This document shows positions 46,078-54,892 of a stretch of DNA of 64,000 bases, piece by piece. Every line of letters starts with the position of its first letter. Position 1 is the stretch's first letter. This DNA is from Porphyridium purpureum (Eukaryota): positions 2,046,001 to 2,110,000 of the forward strand of contig VRMN01000003.1 of the NCBI GenBank assembly GCA_008690995.1, written 5' to 3'. Below the pieces are notes generated by a model. The model searched no databases. It was not told the DNA's origin and saw only the letters and a list, made by a program, of their open reading frames with translations. The translations under genes and the position numbers were made by a program.

Positions 46078-47445
46078 TCACTTTTTATTCAGACGGCCTG
46101 AAGTCGCCTTGGCGATGAGCGCTTTTTCTTCCTCGGTCAGCACCATGTTCGCGCCGAAAGCCTCAAGCACAGCGAGCTGCTCGTTGACCATGTCTGGATC
46201 AAATTCTTCCAAAAGTTTGGTGTACATGATGGCCGTAAATCCGCCGTCGTTACGATGGGTGATGTCTGCGCCTCGCTCTAGCAAATAACGCACCATGCGC
46301 GTGCGGCAGCGCGCACATGCGGCCAGCAATGGAATTTGGTTCTGCTTGTCCTGCCACTTGTGATTAATTTCTACATTCTTAGTCTCGATGCACTCGATGA
46401 ACTTTTCCCAGTCGTCGTACCGGATGGCTGTGAGCAAGTTGAGGGCAGCGTTGTCCGTGTATTGCGGGATCATGTAAGACAGCGGTTCCTGAAAGCTGGG
46501 CTGAGCCCAGGTCTTGACAACAGCAGAGAGCATGAAGCTGAGCGAGCCACTTACTGCCGCGATCACGACTTCCTGTTCGGAAACATCGCCACTCGCCACG
46601 CGGCCCTCGTGCGTTAGCACGCTCCAGCCTTTCCCGTTTTGCGAGGCGTCACCGGCCGCCGGTCCACCGTACGCCGTGCAGTTGGCAAACTGCTGCTCGA
46701 TGCTTGCGCGCACGTGATCCGTGCGCGCACCGGGCGTGTGAGAGAACAAGAAGAACGTTACGTCGCCTGGGTCGCTCGACTTGATGTCCGTGACGGCTTC
46801 CTCTGCAGCCTGCAGTAGCGCTGCGTCTACGGCGGCTTGCATCGTTTCCCCAACCGTCGGGCTCACGCCCACAGTCTCGTCGTCAGACACGAGGTTGTCC
46901 TCGACGTCCTTCACATGTGCGCGGCCCCAGCCGATGGTGACGCCACTGCCGCCGGTGATCACCATCACCTCGACCTGCTCCGCGGTGTCCTTCTTGGTGA
47001 TGCTCCTCCCCAGCACGCGCGTGTGGTGCTCGGTATCGATTGCGCGCCACACCTGAGCTGGATCGAGGTTGAGCGTGTACGTGACGTGCACGAGCTCGCA
47101 GCTTGCGAGCTCGGACACTTGCGCGGACGCCATCGCGCGCTGCAGCGCTTTCGCACACGTCGCTTGCGAGTCTCCCGCGCACTCCTCCAACGTGGCGCGG
47201 CCGGTCCCGATCACCATCGGCTCCCCCGTGATCTTCTTCCCCAGCCCCATCTTCTGCTTGTAGTACTCCTCAATCCCTGGCGGGCCCTCTGAGAACGGGC
47301 TCTGAATCATGCTCACGCGTGTCGCGCGGCGCGTGCCGGGCGTGCTGACGGCCGGCGACGCCGCCACATGACTCGACCGCCCGTGCCTCCGTCGCGCACC
47401 ACGCGACCCAGCAACTTGTACCCCACCGCACACAAACGCGGCCAT
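46078..47445 (-). CDS. Putative plastid protein: FIST-N-like domain + C-terminal ankyrin repeats
   Basis: MAAFV transit-peptide start; FLFSHTPG...YGGPAAGD (FIST-like); IPLLAAC...MVRYLLERGADITHRNDGGFTAIMY (ankyrin). Confidence 0.72.
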   Translation of the reverse strand: MAAFVCGGVQVAGSRGARRRHGRSSHVAASPAVSTPGTRRATRVSMIQSPFSEGPPGIEEYYKQKMGLGKKITGEPMVIGTGRATLEECAGDSQATCAKALQRAMASAQVSELASCELVHVTYTLNLDPAQVWRAIDTEHHTRVLGRSITKKDTAEQVEVMVITGGSGVTIGWGRAHVKDVEDNLVSDDETVGVSPTVGETMQAAVDAALLQAAEEAVTDIKSSDPGDVTFFLFSHTPGARTDHVRASIEQQFANCTAYGGPAAGDASQNGKGWSVLTHEGRVASGDVSEQEVVIAAVSGSLSFMLSAVVKTWAQPSFQEPLSYMIPQYTDNAALNLLTAIRYDDWEKFIECIETKNVEINHKWQDKQNQIPLLAACARCRTRMVRYLLERGADITHRNDGGFTAIMYTKLLEEFDPDMVNEQLAVLEAFGANMVLTEEEKALIAKATSGRLNKK

Positions 47446-48387
47446 GTTCATGCACCCCACGATAACCCCAAAGCCACCACTGTCTCCTGCTCCAACAGCG
47501 CCTCTGCTTTCTTCTCCCGCTCCGCACCACACCAATCTGGGATCTTCCGGAAATGCTCTCCAGATTCGTCGATCCGGTCAAAAATACGAGCTGCATCCCC
47601 TCAAAACCCGGGACGAAAATCCCGCATGCGCGTAGTCTATTAAAACACCCGCGTCTGAGCACAAACTACGTACAGTCCGTTTGGGTACAGTTACGGGGCC
47701 GTCGAAGAACCGGAAGATTTTCCACCCGTGGGAAGCAACGAACCAAGGGACCAACGAACCCAGCGACCACGCGACCACAGGCGCTTCGGCTCGCTTCAGT
47801 CATCAAACACGAGAAGAGCAGGTTCGCTTCCCTCCTGACGATACATGCGCGCTTGCGGCGTTCCTCCGTTCCGCCGCTCCCACAGTCTCCTTTCCGCGTG
47901 TCAAGTAGCCATGCGTTCTGGATATCTCGTTCAACGATTCCTTATCGGTTCGGTTTAAGCGATGCTGATCCGTGACAAGAACACCTGCGGTATCGAGTGC
48001 ATCTGCCTCTTAGTGCGTGGCCCGAGGTGACGCGCCAGGTGGCTGGAGGAGAGGAACCGATGAAACGACCACCACCAACAGATATTGAAGTGAGCCGCGC
48101 GTGTGCGTGTCAGGGGCAGATTTTATATGTGAGAGGGCGAGAGGTTTGGATAGGAAAGGGGGGTTGGTGGAATTGGAGATTTGGAGTGAGGTGTACACCT
48201 GTGGGTGGCAGAGTGAGGCGCCGTGGCATGGAGTGAAAGTGGGGAAGCATGGCGGCGGAGTGATGGGGCATGAAAGGGAGGGGGAGGAGTCACGCGTGGG
48301 TGGGTGGGTGAGCCGGCCGGCTGGTGGGACGGCGGCTAGGGAGGTGGGTAGGTGGGCGCGGAGGGTTTGGTGCCGGGGGGAAAGGGA

Positions 48388-50256
48388 ATGGGCTGGGCAG
48401 AGGAGATGGACTGGTGGCGGCATTCGGAAGGACGGTTGGTGAGTGTCGATAGTTTGGAGAGTCTGCAAGGTGCTGACGCGTCATGCGCGTCGACGTCCAG
48501 GTCGCATGTTGGCGCAGCGTGCGTGGGCGATCATGGCGGGTATGTGATCACAAGGGGCCGTCAAGTGGGGCTCCACACGTGGCTGCAGCTCGCAAAGTTG
48601 ATGAGCAGTCGCTTCACCGTGCCGCGCTTCGAGCCGCCGTTTTGGGCGAGCAACAACCACATGCAGACGTTGCTGGGCTTTGTGTTCCCCATTGTAACGC
48701 CTCTGTCTGTGTCTTGGGTCTACCGCCGAGACAAGCTCCTCACGGCAGACTCTGACTTTTTCTATGTCGATTCGGTCGGCCCGCTGGCTCACATACAATT
48801 GCAGTCGGGAGCAGATGCAAATGCCGCGGCCGAGTGGTCCTCGCCTCCATCCCTCCCACTCGTGGACGGCGTGGATCAGCTCCACAAGCAATTATCGCAA
48901 TCGCTGCGCAATTTCGGAATCGAGCTGGACATTGGCGCCTCTCGCTTTGGACTCGCGCCGCCTCAGCTCCAGCTGACGGACGTTCTGGCACCCCCTGAAG
49001 GTAAGATGCACATAGAGACATTGGGGAGTGCGAAGTCAACAGCGCTATGCAAAGACGCTACGCAAGGAAGCGACACATCAACGCTCGGTGCGGCCGACAA
49101 GACAGCAGAAGGTGTTGTAGCGAATGCAGCAACTGGTGACAAGCAGGCCCGAGAAGACGGAGTGCCGCAGCAAGCAGCGCACGAGACACCTGCTCAGACA
49201 CGCACTGACGTGGTGGTCATTCTAGTGCCAGGGACCGAGTCGTCATCGTTTGGCCCGTACAACATTCGGCTTGTGGACGAAATACATCGGCTGGGCTGGA
49301 CGGTAAAGGTGCTAAACTGGCGCGGCTCGGGAGCGGGGACAGACTCTGCAGCATTGCAATCGCCCAAAATGTACCACCTGGGGTTCACAGACGATCTGGA
49401 CCAACTCGTGCGCGAGACCTCGGCGCTCTTGGCTCACAACGCCGAGCCTGGCGCCGCGGTTAGCATTTTTCTGGTGGGCCTGTCTCTCGGTGGAAATGTG
49501 GTTCTCAAGTGGCTGGGTGAGCAAGGGCATGAAGCACTGCGTCTTGGTGTGCGCGGCGCGGCGGTTGCGAGCGTACCTTTCAGTCCGTACCACGCCGCGC
49601 GCAAGCTAAACGAAGGCATGAGCCGCGCGATCTATGCGGCCAATTTTCTGCGTACGCTTAAACCCAAGGCGCTAGCCATCCACCAGCGCTTCCCGGATGC
49701 CTTTGACATCAAGGCGGTCCTCTCTGCAAAGAACATTTACGAGTGGGATGAAGCGGTCACGGCGCCCATGTTCGGCTTCGAGAGCGCGTCGGACTACTAC
49801 CGTCGCTGCAATGTGAACCCATTGCTCAAGCATATCGTGGTTCCTGTGTACTGTCTCCAGGCGCTGGATGACCCGGTCATGGACCCAAACTACTACCCGC
49901 GAGCAAAGGATCTCGGCAGCGCGCCCATCCAGTTTGATTTGCACGCCCTGGGTGGGCACCTGGGCTTTGTAACGGAGGGTGTCCTGAACGGCACGCAGCG
50001 CGTCAGCTTTATGACGCATGCGCTCGTTCGGTTTCTCCAGCACGTGGACAGCTGCCTGCACTCGGCGATCAGCAACTCGTTTTCTCTTGCCATCATCTCG
50101 CGCGACCACGAGTCGTTGGTTGGGCTGAGATGTCTTTTGCCCTCCGCCAGCAGTTCATCGCTAGGCTACCACACGAGTCACGGGTCGCAGAGCGGCGGTG
50201 GCAGCAACGGGCGCTTGCGCCGCGTGCTCCTGCGCTTTGGCCTGGTGCGAGCGTGA
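48388..50256 (+). CDS. Alpha/beta hydrolase, ABHD1-3/YheT family esterase
   Basis: NNHMQT, LNWRG, YHLGFTDDL, VGLSLGGN, ALDDP, GGHLGF. Start uncertain (48388 or 48601). Confidence 0.88.
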   Translation: MGWAEEMDWWRHSEGRLVSVDSLESLQGADASCASTSRSHVGAACVGDHGGYVITRGRQVGLHTWLQLAKLMSSRFTVPRFEPPFWASNNHMQTLLGFVFPIVTPLSVSWVYRRDKLLTADSDFFYVDSVGPLAHIQLQSGADANAAAEWSSPPSLPLVDGVDQLHKQLSQSLRNFGIELDIGASRFGLAPPQLQLTDVLAPPEGKMHIETLGSAKSTALCKDATQGSDTSTLGAADKTAEGVVANAATGDKQAREDGVPQQAAHETPAQTRTDVVVILVPGTESSSFGPYNIRLVDEIHRLGWTVKVLNWRGSGAGTDSAALQSPKMYHLGFTDDLDQLVRETSALLAHNAEPGAAVSIFLVGLSLGGNVVLKWLGEQGHEALRLGVRGAAVASVPFSPYHAARKLNEGMSRAIYAANFLRTLKPKALAIHQRFPDAFDIKAVLSAKNIYEWDEAVTAPMFGFESASDYYRRCNVNPLLKHIVVPVYCLQALDDPVMDPNYYPRAKDLGSAPIQFDLHALGGHLGFVTEGVLNGTQRVSFMTHALVRFLQHVDSCLHSAISNSFSLAIISRDHESLVGLRCLLPSASSSSLGYHTSHGSQSGGGSNGRLRRVLLRFGLVRA

Positions 50257-50706
50257 TTCCTTTCGCAACTGCTTTTTTTCTTCCTTCTTCCACCGTCTGT
50301 CCATAACTAATCTCTCAAATATAACATGGCCATAATTTTGGGATAGCACAGAGCATATGACACAAGCAGACAACCCTGCGCGCCGCAGCGTGTCCATCAT
50401 GTTGAAACACAGGACACACGCTGAGCGACCTGCCGTTCTGCTCGACTGGCGGCAGCGGGCACAGAGCAAACAGAAATCGCCGATATCACTGTACCTCATG
50501 CGGTGGCAATGTACAGTTGGCGAGTTGGAAGCGCGCCTCTGCGAGCCGTCGCCGCGTTGTAAGTTTAGATTATGTGTCCCGTGGCACAGGAGCAGAGCCG
50601 AGCGCTTCGCTTCAATGTAAAGTAGCTTGGGAGTTCTCAACGTATTTCGGTCCCGTCGTGCAGCTGCCGCACGGCGCAATTGCGCAGAACAAGAATATAA
50701 GCCAAG

Positions 50707-51711
50707 ATGATTCCGCTGTGGCTGATTCTGGGCACGGCCAGCACCGTGTTTGCGTGGTTTGTGTCATGCTACGAGATTCGGCAGCACCTGGCGCACTACT
50801 CGCGGCCAGACTTGCAGATGCATATTGTGCGCGTGCTCGGTATGGTGCCCGTGTACTCCAGTACCGCGCTGCTCTCGCTTTTTTTCAAGAACAACGAAAA
50901 GGTCGTGCTGATTCTCGACGTCATTCGCGACTCGTACGAGGCGTACGTCATTTATAATTTCCTGGTGCTCCTCATCAACTACGGGGGCGGCGAGAGGCAC
51001 CTCATTCACGCACTAGAATTGCAACCGCGTATGGAGCACCCATTCCCGCTCACCGAAGTCCTGCCGCCAATGAAACTGGGCACGGGCTTCATGTACTTTG
51101 TGCGCTCGGCTTGTCTGCAGTTTGTGTTTGTCAAGCCGGCGACTGCTGTGTTAGTGCTGTGTACCGCTCACCGCGGCTCTCAGCTACTGCGCAGCATTGT
51201 CCGTATCGCAGCAGTGCTCATCAACAACATGAGCGTCACCGTCGCGTTGTACGGCTTGTTGTGCTTTTACCATGCGGTCGAGAACGTGCTGCGGCCATAC
51301 AAGCCGCTACCCAAGTTTTTGTCCGTCAAGCTTGTCATTTTCCTCACATTTTGGCAGGGCATGGTGCTGTCACTGATGATCAAGCTGGGCATTCTTGTCG
51401 ACGTGGAGGGCTTTTCGGCCATGGAGCAGGCCAGCGGTTTGCAAGACTTGCTCATCTGCTTTGAGATGGCCGGCGCGGCGGTCATGCATTTGTTTGTTTT
51501 CAGTTGTCAGGAGGTGCTTGATTATCCAGACCTGCTTGGTATGAGCGACCTCTTTTCAGGCTACACGGACGAGGATAAGCGCCCGATTTTGCGCAACTTT
51601 GGCGACATTGTTGACTTTCGCGACGTGCTTTTTGACGCCAAGGCGAGCATATATGGCTCGTGCTTTGAGCGCGAGATGCACGAAAAGGGACCCGTCGAAC
51701 CGATTTTGTGA
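50707..51711 (+). CDS. TMEM184/OSTalpha (LAZ1-like) membrane protein
   Basis: IVRVLGMVPVY, IRDSYEAYVIYNF, LQFVFVKP, KFLSVKLVIFLTFWQG, LQDLLICFEM. Confidence 0.93.
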   Translation: MIPLWLILGTASTVFAWFVSCYEIRQHLAHYSRPDLQMHIVRVLGMVPVYSSTALLSLFFKNNEKVVLILDVIRDSYEAYVIYNFLVLLINYGGGERHLIHALELQPRMEHPFPLTEVLPPMKLGTGFMYFVRSACLQFVFVKPATAVLVLCTAHRGSQLLRSIVRIAAVLINNMSVTVALYGLLCFYHAVENVLRPYKPLPKFLSVKLVIFLTFWQGMVLSLMIKLGILVDVEGFSAMEQASGLQDLLICFEMAGAAVMHLFVFSCQEVLDYPDLLGMSDLFSGYTDEDKRPILRNFGDIVDFRDVLFDAKASIYGSCFEREMHEKGPVEPIL

Positions 51712-51951
51712 GAGCCAGTGGAGAACGCAGCCATTCCTGTTGCAGCGGTCTGGTTTCTTTTTCTCTCTCTCTCTCTTGCAGCAATGGTTTTCTTCACTTT
51801 CTGAATAAGTGTGCTTGTTCCCCTTTATCCACTGAATAGCTAACACAAAATCGGCCGGACGTGACTGGGCGATCGTGTCCGAGAAGCCCCAACTTTTGTC
51901 TTGTCATGCTGCTCGTGATGATGCCTTCTTGTTCCAAACTTTCGACTATTT

Positions 51952-53262
51952 CTATCGTCGCTTTCCGCTCTTGTCAATAAATGGCGCGGTATCCATCAGA
52001 ACGGACAGTCGCTTCAGATTCTGGCTCCGCATGTGATGCACATGCTTCAGCGACTGCTCTGCGTCCTTTTGCGAAATCGGCGACGCAAAGTAAGCTGGGA
52101 ATTCTGAAGCCATGAGAAACACATCTGACGTCGTTTCCCGGATCTTAAAACCAAATGCATCGCACCCGTCCTCATTGGCACTATCTGTATTTGTGAACCT
52201 TCCCAAAATTTGTCCAACCTCTTCTTGTGGTTCAAACACGACAAAGGTATCGCGATACCAGTCCGCTATCATGAAGAACAATGTCATATCCAGCGGTGCA
52301 TGGTAAGCCGTCAATCGAGACAGTAGAAAATTGACGCCTTGCCTGGACAAAATGTACGCGCTCGCCCGTGCGAACGGATTGGGCTCGATCTTCTGCAGGC
52401 CAACGCCTTGGCCCGACGAACCTGCAGCTGTGTCCCGAAGCCAAATAGCGTGCCAAGCAGTTTCACCTTTCGCGACTATTGTGCGCGTCTCCATGGTGTC
52501 TGCGGATCCCACGAGCGCGTCCGCCTTGGCCTTCGTAACGAACACGCCAGGTTCTAGCACCAACACTGCACCAGCACGGTCGTTGCGAAAAACATGCTCC
52601 CAGCTACGCAAATGCGCTTCGTACCGCGCGACGTCGGACGCGTAGACGCGACTGTCGCGTGGGTGGACATGAGTTATTGGAACGGGCGATTCCACTTTCA
52701 GGTCAATCTCGCGGTCGATGAAAACGGGAAGTATTTCCTCTTCTATCCATCCATATTGGGACACTAGCAGTTGCACACTTGCATCCACACGCTCCTTACA
52801 GAAGGGGTCACCCACTATCACGACCTGCGCGACGCGCTCCTGAGCTTGCTTGGGTTCCGTAAACAAGACGTGGTCTTTATCATCGACCACAGGCAAATAC
52901 CGGGGCAAGACCAGAGGAAACGCACCCAGTGGAAGAGACGATTCAGCGCGGCTTTCATTCTGCGTCCCTGTCAACTTGGCGTCGCCGTATGCGACAGAAT
53001 CCGGTATCCACGTTGGACTTCTTGAGGCATACTGCGGAACCGAGCTGAGAAACATCGGCAACACAAGCGACGACCTGCGGACCGAATAAAACAGGCTCGC
53101 AGGGATCAGCACCAAGAACACGAACAATGAGATCGCAAATGCAGGACGATGCACCCGCTGCTGCACCTCACTTCTCGCGCAGCTCTGCATCCGCTCAAGC
53201 CATGCGCGCCATCTCGGTGCTCCCGCGCGACCTGTGCGGGTTGCGAACACCGAATCCGCCAT
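51952..53262 (-). CDS. Type II membrane glycosyltransferase, GT25-like (divergent)
   Basis: Single N-terminal TM and stem, then AHLRSWEH...VLVLE and ASAYILSRQGVNFLL...PLD, resembling GT25 motifs. Confidence 0.6.
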   Translation of the reverse strand: MADSVFATRTGRAGAPRWRAWLERMQSCARSEVQQRVHRPAFAISLFVFLVLIPASLFYSVRRSSLVLPMFLSSVPQYASRSPTWIPDSVAYGDAKLTGTQNESRAESSLPLGAFPLVLPRYLPVVDDKDHVLFTEPKQAQERVAQVVIVGDPFCKERVDASVQLLVSQYGWIEEEILPVFIDREIDLKVESPVPITHVHPRDSRVYASDVARYEAHLRSWEHVFRNDRAGAVLVLEPGVFVTKAKADALVGSADTMETRTIVAKGETAWHAIWLRDTAAGSSGQGVGLQKIEPNPFARASAYILSRQGVNFLLSRLTAYHAPLDMTLFFMIADWYRDTFVVFEPQEEVGQILGRFTNTDSANEDGCDAFGFKIRETTSDVFLMASEFPAYFASPISQKDAEQSLKHVHHMRSQNLKRLSVLMDTAPFIDKSGKRR

Positions 53263-53363
53263 CCGCAGCCGTCTTCCTCACTGGCCCCCCCTTTCCCGCC
53301 ACTACTTTGAACCGAGCCAGAACTCTGAAAATGTTGCGTCTCCCCTGGACTTTCCACAAATAC

Positions 53364-53372
53364 AATATTTAT
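53364..53372 (+). promoter_or_regulatory. TATA-like element upstream of permuted tRNA-Glu
   Basis: AATATTTAT about 40 nt upstream of the 3' part, the same spacing as at the Lys locus. Confidence 0.5.
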
Positions 53373-53413
53373 GATGTTTAAATTTTCTCCTCTCCCGCAG
53401 TCTGGAAATAGAG

Positions 53414-53538
53414 CCGGGAAGGTCCCGGGATCAAGCGTCAGCGACAGCTGGCTGAGAGCCCCGGCTGGGAAGGAAAGATTTTCTCCTCGGAGGAAAAGCT
53501 TTTCCCAGTGGTCTAGTGGTTAGGATGTCCCGCTTTCA
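53414..53538 (+). tRNA. tRNA-Glu(UUC): Circularly permuted, intron-containing tRNA-Glu(UUC): 3' part (nt 38-73) at 53414-53472 with T-loop intron 53436-53458, 29-nt spacer, 5' part (nt 1-37) at 53502-53538
   Basis: 5' part TTCCCAGTGGTCTAGTGGTTAGGATGTCCCGCTTTCA. Upstream 3' part CCGGGAAGGTCCCGGGATCAAG[intron]CCCCGGCTGGGAAG. Acceptor TTCCCAG/CTGGGAA, anticodon stem TCCCG/CGGGA and T-stem CCGGG/CCCGG all pair perfectly. Confidence 0.92.
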
Positions 53539-53554
53539 ATTCCTGAGACGGAAA

Positions 53555-53562
53555 TTTTTTTT
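53555..53562 (+). terminator. Pol III T8 terminator of permuted tRNA-Glu
   Basis: Run of 8 T starting 16 nt after the 5' part. Confidence 0.8.
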
Positions 53563-54892
53563 CTTGGACTTCGTTGTGGCTCTCCAATTTTTGCTTGACG
53601 CTGCGAAATTGTCCGACAATGCCTCGTCTGTCTCTGCCACCTTCTTCTCTCCCGACCTGCTACTCAAGTGTTTATTGAGTTGGGCGCCGCCAGAAACAGC
53701 GACCGGAGCTCTGATTCCGTACATGCCTTCGCAGCGGTAGTTTCCTTTTCAGATCATATCACGTGTATCATGACGACGTAAAATGCACACTCGCGCCCAA
53801 AAACGTTGACTCGCAAGCTGGGTTTCTCCGATGTCACAGTGGAGCGTTTCGAATACTTTACGGCACCGAGCAAATTGTCAAGGCACCCTGGCATGGAAAC
53901 GTGCTCGCTGCCTGCAAATCTGCAGCCATGCGACGCCGGCCTCCGCCGCACATGCTTAACATAGTCAATGGTTTCGGTATATCTATCCATAACTTGATGG
54001 AGAGGATCTACATCAGTGACCAGCCTTCTGCGCGTCGCGCTTTGACAGTAAGGTGAGCTGGTGCCCCCGGCCGGGTGCTGCATGCGTGCGCTTTCAGTGC
54101 AATGCATCAAAAAATCGTCCAGATCAAAATGGAATAGGAAACTGCCTTTTCCATGACGCTCTCTCAGAATGGCACAGTGCTTTTCTGTGAAGATGAGCTC
54201 AAGAGGCTGATACCGCTTCTTGTTCGTCCCGACGGCCACGCCGCCGTAGATGTGATAGCCACACGCGAGTGTCGCATGCGTCGCAACTCATGCCCTGTAC
54301 CACGGCTTACCTTCTTGCTGGATGAATTCAGCGCGGATCAAGTGCCACCTCAACCTCATGGCACACAGCCAAGTGCACAAAGGCGCGCGGATTGTAGACA
54401 CCGACTCATCCCATTCTAAGCCTAAGCTTAAGCCCCCAGGCTCGGGCCAAGGCCAAGGCCACGTAGAACATACAGGCATTGTGGAGCCACGCGTGTCCAA
54501 GCAAAAGACTCAGTTAGCCGGCCTTAGGCAGCAACGAAGCTTGTTATTGTGTGGCACACCGAGTAAACGGTCGATCATCGTGCAGCTCCTTAGACAAACA
54601 CCGCGCTGAGGTAACTTGGGGTACAAGACTTCGACGCAGGTTCTGTTGTGTTAGTGTACCTCCAGCAGCGCTCGTAGGAATCTCGCCGAAATCGGCCCGT
54701 TTCGCTAGTAGAGCGTTGGAGAGGAAAGCTGTACCTCCACCGATCACTGCACCTCAACAGGGTACAGCGAAAATCGAAACCGATAAACCGAGTTTGCGTG
54801 GCTTGTGCGCGAGCAGGTCAAGCACTCGCGGGAGCGAGACGTGCAAGCGCGCGAGGACACACAGAAGGGAGAGACGGAGAGGCAAAGGGGAG

